A program made the position numbers and the translations under genes. From an uncultured virus (IMG/VR IMGVR_UViG_3300030372_002239) (taxonomy: Duplodnaviria > Heunggongvirae > Uroviricota > Caudoviricetes), in IMG/VR virus record IMGVR_UViG_3300030372_002239, positions 1 through 64,000 of that record: a stretch of DNA of 64,000 nt. One strand, 5' to 3'. Below are positions 1 through 9,331 of the stretch, piece by piece (the stretch's first letter is position 1; each line of letters begins with the position of its first letter). Under the pieces are notes generated by a model. That model was not told where the DNA came from. It did not search any database and was given only the letters and a program-made list of their open reading frames with translations.

Positions 1-5
1 TTCAG

Positions 6-413
6 TTGCCCGACACAATGCAAACCACGGCACTAACTGATCCAGCGCAAATGAAACGCGCACTTGATGTGGCGGCAGTGGTGGAGCGGTGGGCGAAGAA
101 CGTGCGGAGTGCTGCGTTGGAACTGCGCTTGGAAGGCGTGGAGATACCGGGGTACGACCTCAAGCAAACGCGAGGCAACCGGAAGATTTCAGATGTTGGG
201 GGAGTTTGGTCAAACCTCAAAGACCATCTATCAGAAGAAGAATTTTTGGAGTGCTGTTCAATGTCGGTCACGGCGTTGGAGAAGTCGCTCAAAGCACAAG
301 CCCCACGGGGTCAGAAAAAAGAGTTTGCCGCATCCACTTTGGAAGCCTTGGAGAGTACCGGGCTGGTGAGACGCGGCGACGACAAAACTTACTTGTCGAA
401 AACACGAAAATAA
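6..413 (+). CDS. C-terminal part of DUF2800-like (Cas4/PD-(D/E)XK) phage nuclease, 5' truncated
   Basis: GVEIPGYDLKQTRGNRK resembles the DUF2800 C-terminus; lies upstream of SSB-like and polymerase genes. Confidence 0.6.
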   Translation: MPDTMQTTALTDPAQMKRALDVAAVVERWAKNVRSAALELRLEGVEIPGYDLKQTRGNRKISDVGGVWSNLKDHLSEEEFLECCSMSVTALEKSLKAQAPRGQKKEFAASTLEALESTGLVRRGDDKTYLSKTRK

Positions 414-423
414 CAAACACGAT

Positions 424-1137
424 ATGCCTAAAACATTATCAAAAAAAGATGGGGCGACCACTGCTGTCGCCGTCGCGCAACCCGCTGTTGGAGTTGTTGG
501 TGAAATCACTGCGAGTGACTTGGTTATTCCAAACATTCGTATTGCCCACAAGACGGGTGAGTTGGGGGAACTATTTGAACCCGGCTCCATCGTTCTGAAT
601 GGGGAGTATGCACTGCTGGGTTGTCGCTCCGACGACCGGGAAAACGTGAAGGAAGACCCGGTGCTGATGACCGTTACCAGTGCGGAAAAATACTACAAGG
701 AGAAGATTCCCTTTGGCGGCGAGGAAGCCCCGAAAACGGCAAGAACTCTGGACGAAGTTGTGGAACTTGGCGGCTCGCTGGAATTTGGAAAACCAAACCC
801 GTGGATTGCTTGCTTGAAAACCACCGTATGTGTGAAGGGCGACGATCCAGCGTTTTTTCCATTTAGCTACAACGATGAAACGTATGCGTTTGCCACGTTG
901 GATTTTGGAAGCTGGAGTTCTTACAACTATGCCGGGAAACAAATCCTAACGGCATCGTCGTTGAATTTCCAAGATGCCGAGAAATATCCACACGGCTTGG
1001 CTCATGGGTCTTGGGAACTCACGACCATCAAGCGGTCGATGAAAGACAACACGAAGTATTGGTGTCCTGCTGTTAAGAGCGGGAAGATCAACGACACGGA
1101 ATTTGCGGAATGGGCCGCAACATACTTCGCCCAGTAG
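424..1137 (+). CDS. Putative single-stranded DNA-binding or recombination protein
   Basis: 237 aa ORF between nuclease and polymerase; function from position only. Confidence 0.4.
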   Translation: MPKTLSKKDGATTAVAVAQPAVGVVGEITASDLVIPNIRIAHKTGELGELFEPGSIVLNGEYALLGCRSDDRENVKEDPVLMTVTSAEKYYKEKIPFGGEEAPKTARTLDEVVELGGSLEFGKPNPWIACLKTTVCVKGDDPAFFPFSYNDETYAFATLDFGSWSSYNYAGKQILTASSLNFQDAEKYPHGLAHGSWELTTIKRSMKDNTKYWCPAVKSGKINDTEFAEWAATYFAQ

Positions 1138-1272
1138 TAGGCAGGGGGAACGCCACCACGGGAGGAACCGAGGCGGCGGCACTGTTTTACGCTTTCGCAG
1201 TGTCGCCGTTCTCACCCCTCCACAAACAAGGAGACACAAATATGCAATTACAACTTTTCACAATAGACACTA

Positions 1273-3015
1273 ATGGGGATTATGTCTACTGGCATCGCGA
1301 TTGATTTCGAGACGTATTACGATGCCGAGTGTTCTGTCCGCCCGCTTGGGCCAGACGGATACTGTCGCCATCCCAAGTTCGACCCCTACCTCGTATCAAT
1401 ATATGGGGATGGGTTCGATTATGTAGGCCCGACTGAGTGTGCGCCGTGGGACACGATTCCTGCGGACGCGCACTTTGTCGCCCACAACGCCGGGTTCGAC
1501 TCGGTGGTTTTCCAAGCGGCCCAGCGGGACGGCATGATTCCAGAGCGAATCAAACCTAGCTGGAGTTGTTCCGCGAATCTCTCCGTTTATATCCAAGCAC
1601 CACGTTCACTCAAGGGTGTTGCTGAACAAATGTTGGGGGTCAAGCCCGACAAGGCAGTGCGGGACAAGATGAAGGGTAAACTGCCCAAAGATTTGTCCCA
1701 AGATGAACTCAAGTCGCTCATCGAGTATGGACGAATGGATTCGGTTTACTGCAAACAAGTGTGGGACAAGTACAACGAGTTCTGGCCCGCGCAGGAGCAG
1801 CAACTAGCCCGTCACACAATGACCAGCGGGCAACGGGGAGTTTATATAGACCAGAATTTGTTGGAATTGGGTCTGGCCATTCTGGCTACTAAAAAGAAAC
1901 AGAATGCGCGGGTGGTTCCGTGGGCCGCTGATGATGAGCCAGTTAATTCGTTAAAACAACTTCAAGCGTTTTGTGGTAAGGAAGGAATACCGGCTCCAGC
2001 CTCAACAAATCAAAATGATCCAGCGTGTGCGGCGTGGGAGGCCGAGTATGGGGAGCGGTATCCAGTTGTTGCGGCATTAAGAGACTGGAGAAAAGCTAAC
2101 CGACTGCTGCGCCTATTTGAAACAGTCCAGACGCGGCTACGTCCCGATGGAACACTACCGTTTGGCCTCAAGTATTTTGGTGCATCGTTAACGGGAAGGT
2201 GGAGCGGCGACACCGGACTTAATATGCAGAACCTCCCACGGGGAGAAAACTTCGGCATCAACACGCGCAGCCTATTCGTTCCGAGGCCCGGTAAAAAATT
2301 TATTATCTGCGACCTCGCACAAATTGAGCCGCGCTGTTTGGCATGGCTTTGTGGAGACACGGAGTTGCTGGAAATCGTAGCCAGCGGCAAGGACATCTAT
2401 ACCGCCCACGCGATGGCAACAATGGGGGCGAAGCGGGTCAGCAAACAGATGCGCCAACTCGCCAAGATTCGCGTTCTTGGATTGGGATATGGGTGTGGGG
2501 CGAAGAAGTTTCGCGAGATAGCGGCGGGTTGGGGGATTGCTATGACCTCCAGTGAAGCCGAAAGCACCGTTCGCGAATATCGGCGGCAGAATCCTAAAGT
2601 TTGCTGGTTCTGGAAAGACTGCGAGAACGGTATGAAAGACGAGCGCGATCCAGAGCACATCATATATCTGCCCAGCGAGCGACCAGTCCGATATTTCAAC
2701 ATCCAACGCGAGAAGGGACAACTCACTGCCTCCACCACTCGCGGCCAAAATCCCTACTACTGGTACGGTGGGAAGATATGCGAAAATTTGGTTCAAGCCA
2801 CGGCCCGCGACGTTTTCGCCGACTGCTATGCGCGAGTGCTGAACGCGGGATTTGAGGTTGTTTGGAGTGTCCACGATGAACTCATTGTTGAAGTGGATGA
2901 GAACGATAACGACGCGGCCAAAGAAATAGAGAATTTGATGAGCATAACTCCAGATTGGTTGGAGGGATGCCCGATTGGTGCGGAGGCATACGAAGCAACA
3001 AAATATACAAAATGA
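1273..3015 (+). CDS. polA: Family A DNA polymerase with 3'-5' exonuclease (Leu762 type); start may be 1282
   Basis: ExoI IDFETY, ExoII AHNAGFD, motif A CDLAQIEPR, motif B RQLAKIRVLGLGYG, motif C VHDE. Confidence 0.95.
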   Translation: MGIMSTGIAIDFETYYDAECSVRPLGPDGYCRHPKFDPYLVSIYGDGFDYVGPTECAPWDTIPADAHFVAHNAGFDSVVFQAAQRDGMIPERIKPSWSCSANLSVYIQAPRSLKGVAEQMLGVKPDKAVRDKMKGKLPKDLSQDELKSLIEYGRMDSVYCKQVWDKYNEFWPAQEQQLARHTMTSGQRGVYIDQNLLELGLAILATKKKQNARVVPWAADDEPVNSLKQLQAFCGKEGIPAPASTNQNDPACAAWEAEYGERYPVVAALRDWRKANRLLRLFETVQTRLRPDGTLPFGLKYFGASLTGRWSGDTGLNMQNLPRGENFGINTRSLFVPRPGKKFIICDLAQIEPRCLAWLCGDTELLEIVASGKDIYTAHAMATMGAKRVSKQMRQLAKIRVLGLGYGCGAKKFREIAAGWGIAMTSSEAESTVREYRRQNPKVCWFWKDCENGMKDERDPEHIIYLPSERPVRYFNIQREKGQLTASTTRGQNPYYWYGGKICENLVQATARDVFADCYARVLNAGFEVVWSVHDELIVEVDENDNDAAKEIENLMSITPDWLEGCPIGAEAYEATKYTK

Positions 3016-3329
3016 AATCACTCAAAAAAGGGCGGGCGGCTCGCGATGCCGCGATGAACGAATCCAGTGGGGGTGCGAACGAGGCATGGAAGGAGGCCAC
3101 GCTTGACGCCATCTACGCCACTGCCAAACGGCGCGACACACTTATCGTTGATGATATATGGGCGCACTTTCATTCCAGCGAAACCACGAAAGATTTGCGA
3201 GCCGTTGGGCCGCTTATGCGGGTTGCCCAGCGGGAAGGGTGGATTGCTCCAACGGGTGAATTTCGCCCGTCGTATGTGCCGAGTCACCACGCTACTCCAA
3301 GGCGGGTTTGGGAATCTAAATTGAAATGA
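3012..3329 (+). CDS. Hypothetical phage protein
   Basis: ATGA overlap with polymerase stop and with the next gene. Confidence 0.7.
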   Translation: MKSLKKGRAARDAAMNESSGGANEAWKEATLDAIYATAKRRDTLIVDDIWAHFHSSETTKDLRAVGPLMRVAQREGWIAPTGEFRPSYVPSHHATPRRVWESKLK

Positions 3330-3841
3330 AACTAATCGGACTAACAGGCAAGAAGCGGAGCGGCAAAGACGCCGTTTTCAAAATACTGGACAGGCCCAAG
3401 GTAGCGAGGGCTGCGTTTGCAGATAATCTCAAGCGCGAGGTTGCCCACATCACGGGGTTTCCAGTGTGGCAAATTGAGGAAGAAAAGGAATCCTTACGTC
3501 TTTTGCTTCAAGCGTGGGGCGCGGACTTCCGCCGCAAATTTTTTGGCGAGGACTACTGGATTCAAGCAATGGACGCCGACCTCCAGAACCTTGAACTGGA
3601 AGGCTTCGACACTGCCATTATTACAGATGTTCGCTATCCAAATGAGGCGGACTACATCAAAGGGCAGGGCGGAACCGTTGTGCGAGTCGTGCGGGGAACT
3701 GACTCAACCGACCAACATTCCAGCGAGACGGCAATGGACGACTATCCAGTCGATTTCACCATCAATAACTGTGGCACGTTGGATGATCTTGCAGTAGAAA
3801 CTAATAAAATTTGGGAGGAAATCAATGGAGTACGACGATGA
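3326..3841 (+). CDS. Deoxynucleoside monophosphate kinase
   Basis: N-terminal P-loop IGLTGKKRSGKD, FADNLK, RLLLQAWG, ITDVRYPNE. Confidence 0.85.
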   Translation: MKLIGLTGKKRSGKDAVFKILDRPKVARAAFADNLKREVAHITGFPVWQIEEEKESLRLLLQAWGADFRRKFFGEDYWIQAMDADLQNLELEGFDTAIITDVRYPNEADYIKGQGGTVVRVVRGTDSTDQHSSETAMDDYPVDFTINNCGTLDDLAVETNKIWEEINGVRR

Positions 3842-3962
3842 TTACACGGAGTTTGAAGATCAGTGTCGCGATTGTGGTTCCACGTTCACGAATGAGGGAC
3901 TTCACGGACTAAACTCCTGCCCACACTGCGAGGAAGACGACGATGCCGAGGCCGAAGACTGA
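3825..3962 (+). CDS. Small acidic zinc-ribbon protein (45 aa, not in ORF track)
   Basis: Manual translation MEYDDDYTEFEDQCRDCGSTF...CPHCEEDDDAEAED; two CxxC motifs; GGAGG upstream. Confidence 0.6.
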   Translation: MEYDDDYTEFEDQCRDCGSTFTNEGLHGLNSCPHCEEDDDAEAED

Positions 3963-4197
3963 TTTCAAATCTGCGAGAATTCAGATTCGCACTGCCGCTC
4001 GTAGTCTGGCGTTGGGCGAGCGGGCATTTATGAAACGACCAACGCTCCAAAAATTGGCTCTCTGCTATTTCATACAAGAAGCCGGGGAAGAATTTGCGGG
4101 AGATTTTATTGAAAAAATAGAGAACCAGTTGATGGAGCGAATCCAGAAGTCGCAAGTCGAGGAAGTGTTAAGAGATTTTGAGATAGATGATAATTAA
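3943..4197 (+). CDS. Hypothetical protein
   Basis: Fills operon and overlaps both neighbours. Confidence 0.6.
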   Translation: MPRPKTDFKSARIQIRTAARSLALGERAFMKRPTLQKLALCYFIQEAGEEFAGDFIEKIENQLMERIQKSQVEEVLRDFEIDDN

Positions 4198-4435
4198 AGA
4201 CCCAACGAAACACGTTAATGCCGAGGACTGGAATAAGAAATTTAAGAAGTTCGCGCACCGGCACGGGCTTTTGGAAAACGAAGTCGGGCGGCATGAGTCT
4301 AGAACAATGGCATATAGAACAAATTACCCCGGTCGTGCGGCACGGGTTAAATACGCGCGGAAGATGTACGGGAATCCAGAGAAGTGGGTGAAGTGGGCAA
4401 AATCCAATGGCACAAAAGCTCGTCCCAAAAATTAA
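4187..4435 (+). CDS. Small basic protein, homologue of 43403..43636
   Basis: Shares KFKKFAxRHGLxxxEVGxHESRTM with the phage B ORF. Confidence 0.8.
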   Translation: MIIKDPTKHVNAEDWNKKFKKFAHRHGLLENEVGRHESRTMAYRTNYPGRAARVKYARKMYGNPEKWVKWAKSNGTKARPKN

Positions 4436-5246
4436 ACCCTGCCCACCGGGTGGCACTGGCGTTCACACATGGATTTATCATGCGTGTTGCGTGTTGGCCG
4501 AAGATGGATTTGGGCCAGATGATATAGAGGCATATGTTAAGGCAAACGCGACCCGTGATCTCCAGCCGGGGGAAGTCCAGAATGCGCTTCGCAGTATTGC
4601 AGGAGGCCCAGCCGAACGTCGTCCGATGTGGAGTCAGGTGAGTGAGTCGGGGCAGGACGCCGCCAAACGTAAGGAAGGTGGGCTGGGTGCGCTCGCAGAA
4701 TCCAGTCCGCTTGAATGTGAAGATGCTGATGATGCGGTGGAGAGTTTGTTTTTTGGGAATCCACTGTTGTGTTGCGGGTTGAGTACGAAAGAATTTGCAA
4801 CCAAGCCGCGCCTCCATTGGCACAACCTCCACCAACTCCAATTCATTGTTCCGAATCCAATGACTGATAAATGGGGAGAAACACAAGCGGGAACCAAGTC
4901 CCAGCGGACTCTCCAAAACACTGGGCCACGCCACTACCTCGTCGTGGAATTCGATGAAGGCACGTTTGACGACCATGCCGCATATCTCCAGCAACTTAAC
5001 AAGCTCCACAAAAACATTGTGCTGCGCTGTGCCGTGTTGAGCGGGGGCAAATCCCTCCACGGTTGGTTTGATGTGCGGGATCGTGCGGAGGATGTAGTTA
5101 AGAAGTTTTTTCACTCAGCGTGTCAATTAGGTGCTGATCCAGCCACATGGACACGCTCACAATTTGTTCGTATGCCCCACGGTCGCCGGGCCAATGGCAA
5201 CCTCCAAAAAGTAGTTTATTTTAATCCATCCAATGCACCTTTTTGA
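4407..5246 (+). CDS. Primase-like protein (AEP/RepB-type catalytic domain)
   Basis: LVVEFDE, SGGKSLHGWF and DPATW...RMP motifs; directly upstream of helicase. Confidence 0.65.
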   Translation: MAQKLVPKIKPCPPGGTGVHTWIYHACCVLAEDGFGPDDIEAYVKANATRDLQPGEVQNALRSIAGGPAERRPMWSQVSESGQDAAKRKEGGLGALAESSPLECEDADDAVESLFFGNPLLCCGLSTKEFATKPRLHWHNLHQLQFIVPNPMTDKWGETQAGTKSQRTLQNTGPRHYLVVEFDEGTFDDHAAYLQQLNKLHKNIVLRCAVLSGGKSLHGWFDVRDRAEDVVKKFFHSACQLGADPATWTRSQFVRMPHGRRANGNLQKVVYFNPSNAPF

Positions 5247-6507
5247 AATCCACCATCACGCCCCCACGCAGAAATTTTTCATGCAAGATAATAGGGACAA
5301 ATATCTGCCCCTCAACGCGGACGCCACCAAGCGGCAGCTAAAATTGCTTGGCCTCAACGGCACGAAAGCCCAAGGCGATCTGATGAGTCAGGTGGAACAC
5401 TGCATGGCTGAATGTGTGGTGAAGAATTCGTGTGAGTATGCGGGGCCGCTTGCTGGTCATACTGCGGGGCTGAAGAACTTCAAAGGCTCCAGAGTGCTAG
5501 TCACGGATGATCCACATATTATTAAGGGGGAAAACAAACCTTTCCCAATGATTGAGCAGATATTGAGCGACCTATTTATTGGGGAATCCACCGACCAGTT
5601 ATTTTATGTGTTTGGCTGGCTCCAAATGGCCCGCCGAATGTTGAACGCGGGCAAACCAATGCCGGGCCAAGCCCTCGTCATGGCCGGGCCGCGCAACTGC
5701 GGCAAGAATCTATTCCAAGACCTAATTACGGAAATGCTGGGAGGCCGAGTCGCCCGCCCTTACCGCTACATGACGGGCAAGACAGAATTTAATGCCGATT
5801 TGTTCCAAGCGGAGCACCTAATGATTGCTGATGAAGCCCCGTTCCACGACATAACGAGTCGGCGGCTTTTCGGCACACGCATTAAAGATTTTGCAGTGAA
5901 CCAGTACCAGTCGTGTCATGGCAAACACAAGGATGCGCTGATTTTGGCCCCATGTTGGCGGCTTACGATTTCAGTCAACGATGAATCGGAGAATCTCGTC
6001 ATGTTGCCACCGCTGGATAATTCAATAGAGGACAAAATCATGCTGTTTAAAGTCCAACAGGCCGAAATGCCGATGGAATGCGACTCTCCAGAGGGTCGGT
6101 CGGCTTTTTGGGACGCACTTTTGGATGAGTTGCCGGGATTTATCTATTTTGTTGAGGAAATACATAAGATTGCACCCGTCCACAAATGCCCTCGGTTTGG
6201 CATTAAGGCATTCCACCACCCCAGCATTGTGGAAGTGTTGGAGGACATGGCTCCAGAGGCGCGATTGGCTGAACTGATAGATGTGGTGATCCAGCCGAAT
6301 GGAGTGCCTTGGCGCGGGACGCTTCAAGAGCTTGAGACGCGACTCCTTGACGACCCAACCTACCGCTCCAGAGTCGAGAAACTACTCTCCTATCCAACGG
6401 CCCTCAAGACCTATATGCGGCGTCTAAAAACCGCTAGGCCCGATTTGTACGACTCGGCGAAGGTCAACGGGCGAAACGAGTGGCGCATCTCCAGTGTGCC
6501 GAATTAA
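5233..6507 (+). CDS. Primase-associated P-loop helicase (D5/SF3-like)
   Basis: Walker A GPRNCGKN, Walker B LMIADE, sensor ISVN. Confidence 0.75.
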   Translation: MHLFEIHHHAPTQKFFMQDNRDKYLPLNADATKRQLKLLGLNGTKAQGDLMSQVEHCMAECVVKNSCEYAGPLAGHTAGLKNFKGSRVLVTDDPHIIKGENKPFPMIEQILSDLFIGESTDQLFYVFGWLQMARRMLNAGKPMPGQALVMAGPRNCGKNLFQDLITEMLGGRVARPYRYMTGKTEFNADLFQAEHLMIADEAPFHDITSRRLFGTRIKDFAVNQYQSCHGKHKDALILAPCWRLTISVNDESENLVMLPPLDNSIEDKIMLFKVQQAEMPMECDSPEGRSAFWDALLDELPGFIYFVEEIHKIAPVHKCPRFGIKAFHHPSIVEVLEDMAPEARLAELIDVVIQPNGVPWRGTLQELETRLLDDPTYRSRVEKLLSYPTALKTYMRRLKTARPDLYDSAKVNGRNEWRISSVPN

Positions 6508-6526
6508 CCGCTGCTTTGACGAATCC

Positions 6527-6636
6527 AGCACCCGCAGCACCCCTAGCACCCTAATCTAAACTTATATATAGGAAATAAGAAATAAATATATATAGAGCAA
6601 GCTGGAAATTCGGGTGCTGCGGGTGCTCCGGGTGCT
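6527..6636. repeat. Iteron-like inverted repeat array around an AT-rich core, candidate replication origin
   Basis: AGCACCC x3 (6527, 6536, 6545) and GGGTGCT x3 (6612, 6621, 6630), 9-bp period. Confidence 0.65.
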
Positions 6637-6702
6637 GACTGGAAAAGTGTACCATCTGGAGGCCGAGCGGCTGGAAACGCGCCGGGCTGGAAACCAAACG
6701 CC

Positions 6703-6909
6703 ATGACGCTGGACGAGTTGATTAAGAGCAAACAGCCGACGCCCGTGTTGCCTCGGTACACGCCGTTTGTGTTTGATGAGGTTTGTGGGCGCGGCTCAAA
6801 ATATGATTACCAGTATTCGGTGCATCTGGATGAGCGGACGATGCGGGAGTTGCCCTCGTTTTGGGGGTATTTGTACCCGCAAATGTGGCGGGAAGAAATT
6901 AGTCAGTAA
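6703..6909 (+). CDS. Hypothetical protein
   Basis: 68 aa ORF ending the rightward block. Confidence 0.45.
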   Translation: MTLDELIKSKQPTPVLPRYTPFVFDEVCGRGSKYDYQYSVHLDERTMRELPSFWGYLYPQMWREEISQ

Positions 6910-7002
6910 TCGGTTCGATTACCGACCGATACACGCGCTTGAAAATATATACATAATTAAAACTAATTTTTCTATGTTGGGAAATCGGCGCGATTACTGC
7001 AC

Positions 7003-7036
7003 AAAAAAGCCCCGCCCCCGCTGGAGGGACGAGGCT
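7003..7036 (-). terminator. Rho-independent terminator of leftward early block
   Basis: GC-rich hairpin followed by T6 on the minus strand. Confidence 0.7.
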
Positions 7037-7056
7037 GGATGTGTGAGAAAACGCGG

Positions 7057-7287
7057 TTACAAATTGTACGAGGGTAGTTCGTTGTTGAGCCAGTCAATCA
7101 AGCCCTGTTTGCCCGGCGGAACGTCCATTGGGTACGGTTCCCCAAATCCCTCAAAGTCTTTGGTGTTGCCGTTGCGCCGGTATTTGTCGCGAACGATTCG
7201 CTTCGCCTCTGGAACCGCCGACTTGGATCGCGCCCACTGGATGTGGTTCCCCGCTTGGTCGTTGTATGGCACGGCGTAGATTTTCAT
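7057..7287 (-). CDS. Hypothetical early protein
   Basis: ATGA overlap with stop of the RlpA-like gene. Confidence 0.65.
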   Translation of the reverse strand: MKIYAVPYNDQAGNHIQWARSKSAVPEAKRIVRDKYRRNGNTKDFEGFGEPYPMDVPPGKQGLIDWLNNELPSYNL

Positions 7288-7661
7288 TCCACTACCTCCC
7301 ATTTTGGCGAAATTAGCCCGGCCTCAACTTGGGCCAATGCCGCAAACGCCGCCTTTGAAAGATCGAATTCGCGACCTTTAATAAATGGCCCACGATCTGT
7401 GACTGTTGCGAAAACTACATTCGGCCCATGCTGGAACCGAACCCGCGTTCCGAAGGGTAACGTGCGATGCGCGACCGTGTGGGCGTCTGGATTAAATGGG
7501 TTTCCATTGGCCATGAGCCGCCCCCGGTATCGCTCACCATACCAAGACACCTTGGATTTTCGCTTCTGAGCCTCTTTTGGCATGTGTTGGGTGTATGTGT
7601 ACCCCTGCGATAATAAAAAGGCCGTGAGCGCGATTGTGGGGCCAAAGAGAAGACGTTTCAT
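7284..7661 (-). CDS. rlpA: RlpA-family (double-psi beta-barrel) lytic transglycosylase-like protein with signal peptide
   Basis: VSWYG, ANG, AHRTLPFGT, TDRGPF and DLSKAAF motifs; hydrophobic N-terminus. Confidence 0.9.
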   Translation of the reverse strand: MKRLLFGPTIALTAFLLSQGYTYTQHMPKEAQKRKSKVSWYGERYRGRLMANGNPFNPDAHTVAHRTLPFGTRVRFQHGPNVVFATVTDRGPFIKGREFDLSKAAFAALAQVEAGLISPKWEVVE

Positions 7662-7873
7662 TTTGCCACCACCTTCCGTAACCGCTGGCCGCTCCGCGTC
7701 GTGTGTACTTCAGTTTTTACGAGTCCCTTTCTTTGTAGCGCGTCGATTGAGCGGTTGTCGCGGTTGCCGCGTGAAAAATGATGACCCTTGGCGGCGATGC
7801 GCCCCAAAATATATTCCTGCAATTTCCCTTGGTTTTGGTCAATTACGGGTAGCCGGTCAAGTCCTTGGTTCAT
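7658..7873 (-). CDS. Hypothetical early protein
   Basis: 4-bp overlaps with both neighbours. Confidence 0.6.
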   Translation of the reverse strand: MNQGLDRLPVIDQNQGKLQEYILGRIAAKGHHFSRGNRDNRSIDALQRKGLVKTEVHTTRSGQRLRKVVAK

Positions 7874-8091
7874 GCCTCACCTCCCGCGCTCTTTATCAAG
7901 TCAAGACAGTGGGCAACCATGCCGTGCGCGACTTCTTCGGCCTCATTTTGGCCAAGTTCCTCGACGGCCCCAACAAAACAACCCGCCATGACGACCATTA
8001 GCGCATCTGGAAGTGCTGTTTTGTGTTTTTTACATATTTTGACAAAGCCCGCCATTATGGCGTCCATTCGTTTTTGGTTTAGTTTTTTCAT
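7870..8091 (-). CDS. Hypothetical early protein
   Basis: ATG at 8091 preceded by TGTGAGAAA leader motif. Confidence 0.6.
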   Translation of the reverse strand: MKKLNQKRMDAIMAGFVKICKKHKTALPDALMVVMAGCFVGAVEELGQNEAEEVAHGMVAHCLDLIKSAGGEA

Positions 8092-8161
8092 TTTCTCACA
8101 TTTTTTGTGGGGTATCTGAACCCCCATCAACGGCCCCGCGTTTGGAGCCGCTGAAGGGGAA

Positions 8162-8671
8162 TCAAACATTGTGCAAAAGTTTAACTGTCCAGCTTGGTTG
8201 CATCACATAAAACTGTAAATGTTTCCAATGGTCTTGCGCGGTGTTGGTATAGTACCAAACCGCCCGCGAACCGTTTCGGATGTATTGCGGATCGTCTTCG
8301 CCGCCATAGCTGTAATTAGAACCGCCGGTGCAAAAGGCTAGATTTTGGCCAATTTGCCATCCCATCATTTCGTCCATCCCCCGCGCGGCGTTTGGCCCGC
8401 TATAATCGGCCAATTTCACCCCAATAATACCCGCTTGGTCTATTTTCTTTGGAAGGGGTTTGAATATGGTTCTCGGATTCCGGTAGAACCGAGCAAACGG
8501 GATTTGCTTTTCTTCCCGGTAATAGGGGCCGTTCATGGTTGCCGCTACATGGTCGCCGGTGTTTGGGGTGTCGCTTTTTTGCGTCAACCAATCAATAATT
8601 TTGCAGACATTATCGAAGTCTTGGCTTGTTATTGTTTCGGCGTTTATTTCGTCAAGGGTTTGTTTGTTCAT
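8162..8671 (-). CDS. Hypothetical early protein
   Basis: 169 aa ORF, coupled to upstream gene, GGAGG upstream. Confidence 0.65.
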   Translation of the reverse strand: MNKQTLDEINAETITSQDFDNVCKIIDWLTQKSDTPNTGDHVAATMNGPYYREEKQIPFARFYRNPRTIFKPLPKKIDQAGIIGVKLADYSGPNAARGMDEMMGWQIGQNLAFCTGGSNYSYGGEDDPQYIRNGSRAVWYYTNTAQDHWKHLQFYVMQPSWTVKLLHNV

Positions 8672-8952
8672 TTCTTCACCTCCCGTGCCGCCTCAATTCC
8701 GCGAATAAAAGCCCGAATTTTTTCATACGTTTCCCGCTTGGATTCAAACCCGCCGCCAAGTGGCTGGTCTTGTCCTCCGTGTTCGTTACAGATTCGGGCC
8801 AGTTGCCACCCCCCATAAGCACCGCTTAAAACGTATGTGCCAACGTTGGCCCGGTTTTCGGTTTTTGTCATGTCATAGGGTTGGGGATTTTGGCCCATGA
8901 TTTCGTTAAGTCTATCGACTAAACTCTGCAAATGTTTTTCTGATATTCTCAT
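8668..8952 (-). CDS. Hypothetical early protein
   Basis: 4-bp overlaps; LSGAYGGWQL motif. Confidence 0.7.
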   Translation of the reverse strand: MRISEKHLQSLVDRLNEIMGQNPQPYDMTKTENRANVGTYVLSGAYGGWQLARICNEHGGQDQPLGGGFESKRETYEKIRAFIRGIEAAREVKK

Positions 8953-9194
8953 ATTTCCGCCTCCTCATTGTCAAAAACCCAAACCATCCCCGGCTCCGTG
9001 TGTCCGCCAATCATGCGCCCCGGCCAACGAAGTTTGGCTTTTAGTGCCGCCGCCGCTTTCCGGTGGTTGTCCATAGTGCTTAACGCATAATCATAACTGA
9101 TTGTCACGCTTTTGCTTTTGCCGCTGTTTGTCGCTTTTATCCGTGACCCTTTGTGGTTAGTCACGCCAAGATATTTTGTTAGTATCGTTTGCAT
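8949..9194 (-). CDS. Hypothetical early protein
   Basis: 81 aa ORF starting MQTILTKYLGVTNHKGSRIKAT. Confidence 0.7.
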   Translation of the reverse strand: MQTILTKYLGVTNHKGSRIKATNSGKSKSVTISYDYALSTMDNHRKAAAALKAKLRWPGRMIGGHTEPGMVWVFDNEEAEI

Positions 9195-9282
9195 TTTCTC
9201 ACACTTTTGGTTTTTTGTGTTTGGCCGCTGGCATTACCGGGCCGATACCCGGCTTGGGTGGTTTTTCACATTTACCACCCTT

Positions 9283-9292
9283 NNNNNNNNNN
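9283..9292. other. Assembly gap (10 N)
   Basis: Run of n in the sequence. Confidence 1.
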
Positions 9293-9331
9293 ATGCGCCC
9301 CCGGTGGAGACGCACGCCGTAGCCGCCCGCG

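Noticed and set aside
1273..3015. Possible DpoZ / 2-aminoadenine genome polymerase
   Set aside because: Motifs B (Tyr retained) and C (HDE) are ordinary and no purZ-like gene is seen in the window
2272..3021. Long antisense ORFs (also 4347..5114, 26024..26530, 55644..56147)
   Set aside because: Shadows of well-supported genes on the opposite strand, with no recognisable motifs
9240..9330. Sequence around the N run as a possible phage boundary
   Set aside because: Gene orientation, leader motif and composition are the same on both sides; a simple scaffold gap
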